Shown here piece after piece: positions 25,023 to 37,450 of a DNA stretch of 64,000 nt. The stretch covers positions 8,246,001 through 8,310,000 of the forward strand of contig NC_043018.1 of NCBI RefSeq assembly GCF_006345805.1, read 5' to 3'. The stretch is from Octopus sinensis (lineage: Eukaryota). Under the pieces are notes generated by a model. The model was not told where the DNA came from, ran no database searches, and saw only the letters and a list, made by a program, of their open reading frames with translations. Every line of letters begins with the position of its first letter. Positions within the stretch are counted from its first letter, which is position 1. A program made the translations under genes and the position numbers.

Positions 25023-26216
25023 TTGGGTCATCCCATAAATAATGCAGTTTTTTTTTATACTTCTTTTTTTCAAAATTTAGATAAAGTTTTTTTTTTTTAA
25101 TCTAAAATATACTCTCCTTCATTTTCTACAATGCTCTTTCATCTATCTGGTAGACTTGCAAGGCCCCTCTTCCAAAATTCACTTGTCTGTGACAAAAATA
25201 CTCCTCCATTACTGTTCTGATCTCATCTACAGAATTCATATTTTTTCTGTCCAAATGATTTTGAAGGCTGCTGAATAAATGATGGGGCAATGTCCTGCAA
25301 ATATGGTGGGTGGAGCGTCAATTCCCATTCAAACTGCACCAGCCATTTGAATGTCATCCCTGCTGTATGTGACCGAGCATTATCTTGATCGAAGAACACC
25401 TTTTGTCTTGAAACCAAAGATGGTCGTTTTTCTTCTAGCGCTGACTTAAGCTGCTCACAGTAGATCACCTTTGTTATCATTTGGTTTGGACTTAAAAGTT
25501 CAGAAGACCTTCTTTAGCCTGGGGTGTCGGTGTTTCTCCTTTCCCTAATCACTGTCTTTGGTACTTGACATTTTTACAGAGAACCCATTTCTCATCACCA
25601 GTCACTATTTGGTCAAAAAACGGTTCATTCGTGAAACATGGCAGCAAAGAAATGCACACATTCACTCTTTGTGTGCAATTACTCGGAAAGTTTGTGAGGA
25701 ACCCATTGACCCAATTTGCTGACTTTTCCAATGGCATGCAGGTGTCGATGAATGGTTGAATGACCAAATCCAAACTTCTCTGCTAGTTCCTCAACAGTTA
25801 TAACTGGATTTTGTTCCACCAGGGTTTGCAGGACATCCTCATTGAGCTCTACAGACCTTCCGGGATGAGGCTCGTATTCTAGGTTGTAGTTTCTGGAACC
25901 CCATTGATACTGGCTTATGCTTATTGTCCGATCCCCAAATACTACATTAATATTCCTTGCATTTTCCATTTCGTTGTTGCCTTTACTGAACTCATAAAGC
26001 AAAATTATCTCAAATATGCTCCTTTGTCACTTCCGTTATAGCTTTGAAAAAGTAACTTCAAATTGAACTGCATTCTTCAAAACCTCCATTAAGAATAAGG
26101 ACATGGTAAAATCACTACCTGCTTTTATAGCAAGTTGATGCAGGTCGTTTATCCTGTCCCCTTCCAACTTTTAGTTCATGCAATTAAAAAAACACATTAT
26201 TTATGGGATAACCCAA
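25023..26216 (-). mobile_element. Near full-length decayed mariner (DD34D) transposon
   Basis: TIRs ttgggtcatcccataaataatg / cattatttatgggataacccaa, each flanked by TA. Broken transposase with WVPHKL, IVTGDEKW, DNARSH and HPPYLQDIAPS (a YSPDLAP-like motif). Confidence 0.9.
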
Positions 26217-26643
26217 TATAATATTCCTTTTTACTAAAGGCATAAGGCCTGAAATTTTTTGGGGAGGGAATAGTTGATGACATTGATCCCAGTATTTCGT
26301 TGGTACTTAATCTATTGACCCTGAAATGATGAAAGGCAAAGTCGACCTCGGCAGATTTTGAACTCAGAATGTTCAGATGGATGAAATACCACTAAGCATT
26401 TTGCCAGATATGCTAATGATTCTGCCAGCTCACTGCCTCTTAAAAAGGAAGAAAGTATTGTACTTTAATTCTTTTATATGTTTCAGCCCTGAGACTGTAG
26501 CCATGCTGGAGCACCACTAGTGATAATACAGATGATGCAATGATAAGACAATGAAGAAAGTACTGTACTTTGATGTATACACTAATACAATGTAAGAAGT
26601 ACTCGCTAAGTATATAACACAAAATAAGGAGTATGACATTTAA

Positions 26644-26744
26644 CCCTTTAGCATTTAAACCGGCCATAATTGGCCCAAATATTCTAGCTGTCCTATGCTC
26701 AATATAGCCAGATCTAGCCTATCACTGAAATATTCTAGCTGTCC

Positions 26745-26784
<40 letters not shown>

Positions 26785-26964
26785 TATAAAGAGAGAACAG
26801 CATGCTCAATATGGCCAGATCTAGACTATCACTGACAATGTCATTCTGAATATAAACAATCGTATCATCAAAATATTGAAGTTATGAGATAATGCAAGAT
26901 TAATTCAAAGCAATGTAAATAAATAAATATTACATTTGACAGAGCAATCTGAAAGCTAAAGGTC
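26644..26964 (+). mobile_element. piggyBac-like MITE, same family, with an internal duplication and (AAT)n
   Basis: ttaaccctttagcatttaaaccggcc...aaagctaaaggtcaa; aaatattctagctgtccta occurs twice. Confidence 0.7.
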
Positions 26965-27096
26965 AAGATGTATCGAAGTACCATGTAAAAAGTACAGATG
27001 TTTAAGGCATATATTCAATGCAAAGAGTACTACACTCTAAGGTGTATAACAATACGAGCATGACTCTTTAATGTATATATGAATACCATATTTTAA

Positions 27097-27317
27097 CCCT
27101 TTTGTTACCAACCCGGCTGAAATCGCCTCTGGCTCTTTAGTACAGATGTCTTGTTTTCATAAGTTTTGAATTAAAATCTTCTACCAAACCTTAGTCACAA
27201 TTTATGTTCCTAACACTAGCTGAATGATAACTAAGTTATTTTACTAAATTCTTTGTTATATTTAAAGTAATTGAAACAAACACAGAGCATCTCAAAATAA
27301 ATACAGTAATGAAAGGG
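27097..27317. mobile_element. Second piggyBac-like MITE family
   Basis: TTAA|ccctttt gttac ... gtaatgaaaggg|TTAA. Confidence 0.65.
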
Positions 27318-28057
27318 TTAAGGTATATAATACAATATCAGGAGTGTTACATTTTATCTAAATAAATATAACAGTTGAAGGTTTATATTAATACAATATA
27401 AGGAGTATTATTTCACTTTAAGTATATATTACAATGAGTTTTAAAGTTTTAAGTATATCAGTAATACATTTTAAAGTTTATATTAATACAATATGAGCAA
27501 TACTACTAAACTTTAAGGTGTCTAACTTATGACATCACCATGTGTAAATCCAGTGCTGACCTCAGCACTTCATTGGGGTGTATTTCATCTGCCCCTGGAA
27601 GAATGACAGGCAAAAGTCAACATCTGAATTTGAACTCAGAAAGTGAAAGGGCCTAACTATATGCAATATCACAAAGCATGTTGTCTGATGCTCCACCGAT
27701 TTTGCTATCTACTGAGTTTCTTAGTAGTAATAACATTCACTGCTTACCTTACACCGCAGGCACCACAATGGGACCACAGACACGTAGCAAAGAGGAAATA
27801 AGATTGGCAGACATTCATAACATTTTCTCAAGAACAACAGCAATTAATAATAATAATAATAATAATCATAAAGATTTAATAATTATAAAGAAAGAACAGC
27901 ATGCTTTGGTGTTTCAAATGGATAAAGTCAGAAAAATTTATTTGGTGACAATATAAAATTTTAAAATTCAGAAGTATTTCAATTTGATAGAGAGAACAGA
28001 AAATTCTAGAAAAGGTGTTTAAAATTATATATGTATGTGTGCATATATATATATATG

Positions 28058-28088
<31 letters not shown>

Positions 28089-28502
28089 CTTAGCATGCAT
28101 GTAAATGCAAAGGTATAAGAATACAAATGTGAGTTTGCCTATCTGTATTTGTATACACGCGTGCACGCACACACACACACACACGCACGCACACAAGCAC
28201 ATACACATATACAAATGATTTACAATCTGGCCATTGCGGTTACAAATAGTTTCTGACAATGGAATCGTTTTAAGAAACAACATCTTCCTTTCATCTTCCT
28301 TTACAGAAGCAGACTTTCAACATTATTATTTTTAAATGTTTTCAGAAGGAAGACAGCCTGATGAAAGGCTTTTAAATCAAGATACTATTTGTAACAACAA
28401 GAGTCAGACTGTAATTACATTATCTATCTATATATAAATATTTTTCTACGTATCTTTAAGTGCTTTATATTCAATGACATTATTTACCAAAAATGACCAC
28501 AC

Positions 28503-28543
<41 letters not shown>

Positions 28544-29784
28544 TAGTTGTTTAAAGAATATGACATGCACAAAAACGAGCAAACTCAGACTAGCAACAGA
28601 ATTAATTCTCAGCTTATTCTCATCTGTATCTGCTTTAAGTATGATAGACAGATAGTTATTTTAATCTAATAACTCTTATGTTGCATATCATGGATTTTTA
28701 TTTGGCCAAGCGATTAACTGCAACATTAGTGATTATTCAATCACTGTTTTCCTGTATCAGTAAGTGAAGGATTTTATCTTAACTTGTGGTTGGCAGTGAG
28801 TATATGGTATTGACAAAGCCCAATGATGCAGAAATGTTCATCTAGCATGCCAACCACTGCTGCAGGATGACTTTTGTATTTTTGAACACAGTATGTCCAA
28901 AAATTCCCAGATAAATACTAGTTACCTTGCCTTTTTTTTGCAATGTATCTGTTTTAAGTATGATACATAGATAGCTATTTTAACCTAACTCTGCTTCACT
29001 TGCATATAACATATATATAGTCTCCTCTGTGTTGTGTTGCAAGCATCTAATTGACCAGACTCTTGTTTCTAGTCCATTCTTGGACGTTGTCATTTCACAA
29101 AGGTCTTTGACAGCCTCTACCTCTCTTCCTTCAATACATCCTGTCAGAATATTTCTCGGACAATGAGTCATAGTGCATTGTATGTCCAAAACATGACAGC
29201 CTTGTGGACCTAATTCTTGATAATATATGTCTTTGGATTTTCAGCTTTCCTAATACTACAGCATTTGTTACCCTATCTTTCCAGCTTACTCTGTCCAATC
29301 TATGGAAGAGTGATATTAAAACATGCCAGAGACTTGATCAACATCATCAAACGACCAGCTAGTAATAACAACCAAATCTTCCTCAAACTCCATTCTACTG
29401 TTTTTAAAAGGAAAGCGAGGAAACAACACAGATACCCTCAAAATGATGGTATGGTTAAGACTGGAAAACCCCAGATCAATCCTGATCATAAAACTGCTTC
29501 AACAAAGTTGGGCCAGGGTTAAACAGTATATTTTTGAAACCTCTATATGGTCATTCAACCTGCGAGTAATAATAGCCATGTCTCAGATCAGATCTTCACC
29601 ACCATTATTGTTGTTGTTATCATCATTATTCAGGTGGCAAGCAGGCAGAATTGTTGGTGCGTTGAGTAAAATGCTTAGTAGCATTTGAATTGTCTTTACA
29701 TTCTGAGTTCAAGTTCTGCTGAGGTTAGCCTTGTCATTCATCCTTGTGGAGTCAATGAAATAGGTTGAGTTGAGGCCCCCCCCC

Positions 29785-30113
29785 TCGGTCATGACTGACC
29801 ATGGGATTGAACATAGAAAGTAACCCTCCCAGGCACAAGTCCAGGCAACGTTGTTTATGGAAAACCAGCAGTCGCCCATGCATACCGGCCTCCCCTCTCC
29901 ATGCCACCAGTGTTATCCAAGGGAAAGGCAAAGGGGCCGATACAGCTTGGCACCTGTGATGTCGCAACTCATTTATACAGCTGAGTGAACTGGAGGAACG
30001 TGAAATAAAGTGTCTTGCTGAAGAACACAACACGCAGCCCGGTCCGGGATTCAAACTCACAACCTCACGATCGCAAGATCAACGCTCTAACCACTGAGCC
30101 ATGCGCCTTCACC
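29785..30113 (-). mobile_element. SINE family D (tRNA head plus a CORE-like gcaagacactttatttcacgttgctccagtccactcagctg block)
   Basis: Related copies at 2130-2390 (minus) and 42948-43160 (plus). Confidence 0.75.
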
Positions 30114-30939
30114 AGGTACCAGAGACTTTCCTCTCCACTCAAAAACTGTTGGCCTTGTACCAAAATTTGAAACCATTATTGTTATTATTATTATTTACTA
30201 TTATTATTTACTATTATTATTTACTATTATTACTATTATTTCACCCATCGCTATGTTTTGAGTTCAAATTCCACTGAGGTTGACTTTGCCTTTCATCCTT
30301 TCAGGGTCAATAAATTAAGTACCAGTTTTGCACTGGGGTCGATATAATGTAATCGACCAGTCACCTCCCATCAAATTTCAGGCCTTTTGTCTTTAGTAGA
30401 AAGGATTATTATTATCATAATTATTATTATTACCAGCAGTAAGAGCACTACTACTACTACTGCTACTATTGTTGACTTTTTTTCAAACTAATCATTTATA
30501 TTGAATTACATTATTTCAAATGTAAAAATCCACAAAAGGGAAAAAAAAAAACATGCAAAAATATAAACAAATAAATGTTTTAAAATACAGAAAAACCATT
30601 TTTGAAAATGAAGATGAAATAAAAACAAAAAGAAAGAGAAAAATACACACGCAGAGTTATAAATTAGTTGTGTCAAGAAAACGAGAATTGGTGAAAAGAA
30701 AAGAACAGAAATTAGTATTGAGAAAATGGAAACAGAGAAACGGTAAAAAAAATGTTTTTTGGAATATAATTAAAATGAAAATAATGTGGAAATATTGTAT
30801 CTTTGTTCGTTCATACAGAAACAAAGAAAGGAACAAACTCAAAAAGTTAATGTCTATGTGTGTGTTTATTGTTTTACTTGCTTCAGTCATTTGACTGTGG
30901 CCCACACATACATACATACATACATACATACAAACATAC

Positions 30940-30985
<46 letters not shown>

Positions 30986-31036
30986 TAGAAAGAAATTTAT
31001 TTCGTTCATCCAAAGTAATCGGTACATCTCTGACTC

Positions 31037-31124
<88 letters not shown>

Positions 31125-31126
<2 letters not shown>

Positions 31127-31540
31127 CGCAGGAGTGGCTGTGTGGTAAGTAGCTTGCTAACCAACCACATGGTTCCGGGTTCAGTCCCACTGCGTGGCAC
31201 CTTGGGCAAGTGTCTTCTACTATAGCCTCGGGCCGACCAAAGCCTTGTGAGTGGATTTGGTAGACAGAAACTGAAAGAAGCCCGTCGTATATATGTATAT
31301 ATATATGTATGTGTGTGTGTGTTTGTGTGTGTGTGTTTGTCCCCCTAGCATTGTTTGACAACCGATGCTGGTGTGTTTATGTCCCCATTACTTAGCGGTT
31401 CGGCAAAAGAGACCGATAGAATAAGTACTGGGCTTACAAAAGAATAAGTCCCAGGGTCGAGTTGCTCGATTAAAGGTGGTGCTCCAGCATGGCCGCAGTC
31501 AAAATGACTGAAACGAGTAAAAGAGTAAAAGAGTAAAGAG
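31125..31540 (+). mobile_element. SINE family A, young full-length copy
   Basis: CpGs intact, (AGTAAAAG)3 tail. Confidence 0.9.
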
Positions 31541-31744
31541 TATATATACACACACACAGAAACAGATTACCTCTCTCTTACACACACACACACATACATA
31601 TGTATACATGCACACACAGAAACTCTCTTTTCTCACACACACTCAAGTAATTGTACAATGTACAGATAAACAACACTGATTACTAAAGTACTCAATGCAA
31701 AAGGCTGAGTGAGAGTGAAGCAAATAAAGAAAACTGAATAAATT

Positions 31745-31935
31745 CAGGAATACTCTGTGTGTGTGTGTATGTGTGTGTGTGTGTCAGTGTGTGTGAGTGT
31801 GTGTGTTTGAGTGTGTGTGTGTATGTGTGTGTGTGAGTGTGTGTGAGTGTGTGTGTGTTTGAGTGTGTGTGTGTGTGTGTGTGTATGTGTGTGTGAGTGA
31901 GTGTGTGTGTGTGTGAGTGTGTGTGTGTGGGTGTG
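31745..31935. repeat. (TG)n/(TGAG) microsatellite
   Basis: Direct reading. Similar tract at 51870-52050. Confidence 0.95.
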
Positions 31936-31978
31936 AAACAATTGATAAATTACTTAATAGATGTAAAAGAGTTATATT

Positions 31979-32284
31979 ATTGCAGCGTGGAAGGTGTTTG
32001 TAAGCCATTTAAGAAACACACAAAAGCCGTTCGATTCACTTCAACATTTAAGTTTAATTTGTCAAAATATTTTCGTCGCTTTAAGACCGCGACCTGTTCA
32101 CAGACAAAAATCCGGTCTTAAAGCGACGAAAATATTTTGACAAATTAAACTTAAATGTTGAAGTGAATCGAACGACTTTTGTGTGTTTCTTAAATGGCTT
32201 ACAAACACCTTCCACGCTGCAATTGTTTTCATTTCAGCACACGATATCAGATCAAATCACTTGCTATGCAAGTACATCTCCGTA
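31979..32284. mobile_element. Foldback element family H1, copy 1 (111-bp arms plus 60-bp 3' tail)
   Basis: 31979-32089 is the reverse complement of 32113-32223 with one mismatch seen. The tail contains acttgc-tat-gcaagt. Confidence 0.8.
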
Positions 32285-32448
32285 GTTATATTATTGATGC
32301 CTTCAAAATCAAAGATTCACTCTGTTGCTACTCTGAGTTGTCGCACACCAATGCATCTCAATGAAATACAGTTAAAAAAAAAATAAAGCTCAGAGCAGGG
32401 ATGAAGTAAATCACCATGGATGAATATATATATATATACACACACTTT

Positions 32449-32751
32449 TATATTTCGAGATGGTCATTTTTTTCTTGCCAAATAAACACACCCATTATAT
32501 ATTTGTTCTTCACTTGTTTATTATTGTTGTTATTTTGTGTCCATTGTCCGGAAACCTTTCATCACACACCTGTGACCTCTTCAGCGACCTGGAAACATGT
32601 AGGATGGAAAGTCACTGAAGAGGTCACAGGTGTGTGGTGAAAAGTTTCCAGACAATGGACATAAAATAAGAACAATAATAAACAAGTGAAGAACAAATAT
32701 ATAGTGGGTGTGTTTATTTGGCAAGAAAAAAAATGACCATCACGAAATATA
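32449..32751. repeat. Foldback element H2 (about 140-bp arms, 22-nt loop)
   Basis: 32449-32588 pairs with 32611-32751 with few mismatches. Confidence 0.85.
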
Positions 32752-33045
32752 ACAATATTTATTTCAACACATGATTTCACATCAGGAATCCTGCAAAACA
32801 AATTCATAAATGTATGTATGAGTGTGTGTGTGTGTGTGTGTTTCTTTTCTCGTTAAATTTCAATAAAGACAATTTTACATTCATCTGATGGGTTACTCCA
32901 CACTTTTGTAGAATATAAATTTATTATTGTTAAACACGAATGTTGTTGAGAGTGACTTCGAAGTTGTTGCCAGTTAAGCTTCAAAATCCACTGTCAACAA
33001 CATACTTGTTTAAGAATACTATATATATATATATATACATATATA

Positions 33046-33299
33046 TATCTGTAAATGTAATATGTGACAATTATTCGGTAGCCATGATAAAACTCCGAGT
33101 TTCGGATGCTGGGGTGGAAATCCATGCCGCCATCTCTTCAGTTATCCGGCAATTGGAAAAAATGCTATGATTTTTCATAGCATTTTTTCCAATGGCTGGA
33201 TAACCGAAGAGATGGCGGTGTGGATTTCCACCCCAGCATCCGAAACTCGGAGTTTTATCATGGCTACCGAATAATTGTCACATAATACATTTACAGATA
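33046..33299. repeat. Foldback element H3 (125-bp arms, TTTT loop)
   Basis: 33046-33170 pairs with 33175-33299. Confidence 0.85.
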
Positions 33300-33385
33300 A
33301 ATTCATCTATTTACATAATATCGAGGTCTCTTTCATTCTTTTGTTGTCTTACCATTTTTATCAATATATATATATATATATAACA

Positions 33386-33725
33386 ATTGCAGCGTGGAAG
33401 GTGTTTATAAGCCATTTAAGAAACACACAAAAGCCGTTAGATTCACTTCAACATTTAAATTTAATTTGTCAAAATATTTTCGGCGCTTTGAGACTGCAAC
33501 CTGTTCACTGACAAAACTTTGTGCTGCATCTCAGTTTTGTCAGTGAACAGGTCGCGGTCTCAAAGCGCCGAAAATATTTTGACAAATTAAATTTGAATAT
33601 TGAGGTGGATCTAACGGTTCTTGTGTGTTACTTAAATGGCTTATAAACACCTTCCACGCTGCAATAGTTTTCGTGCCAGCACTCGATCTCAGATCAGGTC
33701 ACTTGCTATGCAAGTACATCTCTGT
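33386..33725. mobile_element. Foldback element family H1, copy 2 (133-bp arms plus the same tail)
   Basis: 33386-33518 pairs with 33533-33665, 14-nt loop. Tail homologous to 32224-32284. Confidence 0.8.
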
Positions 33726-34228
33726 AATATATATATATATTGTGTGTGATTAGAATTTTTTGAAATTTTGAGAGGTATGAAAGAATTAATTTTTTATGAT
33801 GGATCTCAAAGCTGCTCCTTCAATCCAAAGAGGTTTTTGACCCAATATCTACTTGCTTTTATTTGTAGCTCTATCTACTTTGGATTCCACCAGTTAAAAC
33901 GAATTCTTTCATATACATGTAGATATAAAACTGAACAAGCATTCCAAGTAAGAAAAGGTTTTAAAAAAACCAACAAAAATCATACATGTATTGTGATCCA
34001 TTTAAATAAAGTTTAAATTTTTTTAAATAAGAGTGTGTGATAAAATACACACACACAAACATATATACAAAAAAAAATAAATAAATAAACTGAAAGGAAA
34101 AATACCATTGTTGATATATATATAGAATAATTGAGATATTATGTAGAAATCATAAGTGAAGTAAAATCTCTAGCATTTCCTTGTCCAGCATGGCAAATAA
34201 ATAAATAAAGCCAATAATAATAATAATG

Positions 34229-34260
<32 letters not shown>

Positions 34261-34746
34261 TAATAATAATAATAATGAGAAGTGAAGAAATAAATAAGTT
34301 TATTTTTTCATGAAAGGCAAAAAAAAAAGAAGTAGAACTACATTTACATCCTGATATGTGGAAAAAAAAAGATCTCCCTTACCACCGAAAAGTCTGAGCA
34401 GGATATAAAGTTTAAATGTGCTTTAAGGTCTGGAGAAAAAGAAAAAGTATATAAAAAAAAACAAGAGAGAGAGAGGAAAGGAGCATAAAGAAGTTGAAAA
34501 TGTTTATATCTACTGTGAAGTATTTGGGAAAAGAGGGTTACACACATATATACATACACACAAACATTAATATTTTGCCTGGGCATAGTGACAGTAATAA
34601 CCTGGTGTTAGAACTCAATGTACATATGTTTCAGAATGGAGCATCAGTTGAGTACAGAGCAATAATAGAGAATTAGAATTACAACGGAACAGCTGTAAGC
34701 TAATGTTCATGATACAACTGCTTGATTCTTTGTCATTCTAATCTCT

Positions 34747-34796
<50 letters not shown>

Positions 34797-35544
34797 TGGG
34801 TTATCCGGAAAGTTTGTGCCAATTTATAGCAGCTTACTTTTCAACTTATTTTAGAACATGGTTGAGTCCTGACTATGCGTTCTACATGGTAAATGGTAGT
34901 ACTGTGGTGCTCTCTGTGATCTACTGTGTCACCCTTAATGATAAACACACATTTTGTGGAGTGTCTGGATACTTTTGATCACACGGTGTATATATATAAA
35001 ATAAACACAAATAGTGTTGGATTTGGTACTTGCACATCTTTGGTATTGTACCAACATTTGATGTACTCAATGTTGCTTGTGTCACTGTGAGCTCTATGTC
35101 ATCGTACCTAGCCATTTCTAGCATCCTACAAGTTGATGTGCCTTGATTCTTATGAATCCATATAACAAAATTATAGACATAAATAAAGGATCATACACCA
35201 ATGAAACTGGTGTTGGTCTGCATTGGCAAGACTTGTATTGTTTAGTAAGATCAGCAGAAAGAGTGCAACAGCAAGTCCTGTATTCCTCATTGGTTGAATC
35301 TGTTTTTCCAACTTGGAGAATGCCAAACTCTGATGTCTCCCATTAATTTCTCTGCTGTCAGCTTTTCTCTGTCCGAAACAATTTCCCACTCCCCATAGCA
35401 GGATCACTGTGCTCATTTTAGCAATTTTACCATATGTCCACCCCCCTCCACACACACAAGTACTTATACACACACACACAAGCACTCACACACACAAACA
35501 CATACACACACGCGCGCGTGCGCGCACACACACACACAGGTGAG

Positions 35545-35677
35545 CACATAAGTGCAAAACAAGGTGGAAAAAATAGTACTCAGATACCAAAGGTAGAGTA
35601 ATATGCTTTTATTAAAGCTGAAAAATTATCACAAAACTGTTACTCAGAGTTTCACGTTCCTGTTCGTCAGACAGTTG

Positions 35678-35731
<54 letters not shown>

Positions 35732-35835
35732 TATATATACATAGTTCAAATGTCCAAAAAACAAACAAAAAAAACGGAAGACAGAGACAGGTTGAGGGGT
35801 CAACAAACAAGGTGTGTTAGTTTGACACACACAAA
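35545..35835 (-). mobile_element. Penelope-like/retrozyme-like repeat: body, (TA)n, hammerhead, body
   Basis: 35731-35830 resembles the reverse complement of the 21990-22070 block. Beyond the (TA)n tract come the hammerhead and a 3' segment (...taataaaagcatattactctacctttggtatctgagtac). Confidence 0.4.
35635..35676 (-). ncRNA. Minimal type I hammerhead ribozyme motif (Penelope/retrozyme type) in LPGAT1 intron 1
   Basis: Minus strand reads AACUGU-CUGACGA-AC aggaac GU-GAA-ACUC u GAGU-A-ACAGUU: 6-bp stem I, canonical core, 2-bp stem II, palindromic stem III, GUA cleavage triplet. Confidence 0.7.
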
Positions 35836-36396
35836 ATTGCTATGCTACATGATAGATAGAATGCTACATGGTAGAGAGACATGAGCCTGAATGTGAACAA
35901 AGACTAGACTAAGAGGACTAGAAAGACATGAAGCAAGCATGCTCTGATGGATGTGCAATGTCAGTTGTGTGTGAGTGATGGAGTACAAATAAGCTGGCAG
36001 AAAAAATGGGCAGAAGAAGATCCAGATGTGCAAGGACTGTGTCGGTTTTCTTTTACATGTTCCAACCCTAAGGTTGTGGCCATGCTGGGGCGCCACGAAT
36101 AAATATGAGTGATGACGCTGATGGTTTGGGCATGTGATGTGTATGGATGAGGATAGTTGTATAAAGAAGTGCTGATCACTCAGAGTAGATAGAAGAGAAA
36201 AACCGAGGAAGATGTGGAAGAAAGAAGTGGTGAAAGATGATTACAGGATTTCAAATCTCACAAATGAGATGACAAAGGACCAAGATAATTGGTGATGTGC
36301 AGTTCCTGACAAGACCCACCTTAACTATGCTAACAGATTGTGAGTAAATCTGTCAAAGCATGTGTTTGCACAAGACACAAGTCCCTACCAAATTTC

Positions 36397-36413
36397 AATA
36401 TATATATATACAC

Positions 36414-36510
<97 letters not shown>

Positions 36511-36525
36511 TATATATATATATAT

Positions 36526-36620
<95 letters not shown>

Positions 36621-36663
36621 TATATATATACACATATATATATATATACACATATATATATAT

Positions 36664-36706
<43 letters not shown>

Positions 36707-36769
36707 TATATATATATATACACATATATATATATATATACACATATATATACACACATATATATATAT

Positions 36770-36810
<41 letters not shown>

Positions 36811-36921
36811 TATATATATATATACACATATATATATATATATACACATATATATATACACATATATATACACATATATATATATATATACACATATATA
36901 TATATACACATATATATACAC

Positions 36922-36952
<31 letters not shown>

Positions 36953-36963
36953 TATATATACAC

Positions 36964-36996
<33 letters not shown>

Positions 36997-37003
36997 TATA
37001 CAC

Positions 37004-37036
<33 letters not shown>

Positions 37037-37113
37037 TATATATATACACACATATATATATATATATATACACACATATATATATATATATACACATATA
37101 TATATATATACAC

Positions 37114-37146
<33 letters not shown>

Positions 37147-37175
37147 TATATATATATACACATATATATATATAT

Positions 37176-37214
<39 letters not shown>

Positions 37215-37259
37215 TATATATATATATACATATATACACATATATATATATATATATAT

Positions 37260-37300
<41 letters not shown>

Positions 37301-37309
37301 TATATATAT

Positions 37310-37388
<79 letters not shown>

Positions 37389-37389
37389 T

Positions 37390-37434
<45 letters not shown>

Positions 37435-37450
37435 TATATATATATATATA
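36397..37450. repeat. About 1.05-kb (TA)n array punctuated by CA
   Basis: Direct reading; source of the 340-400 aa IY/YI pseudo-ORFs. Confidence 0.97.

Noticed and set aside
34795-34986. Isolated mariner-like TIR (ttgggttatccggaaag) and Tc1-like TIR (gatacttttgatcacacggtgta)
   Set aside because: The two ends are not complementary and there is no transposase remnant, so no single element can be called.
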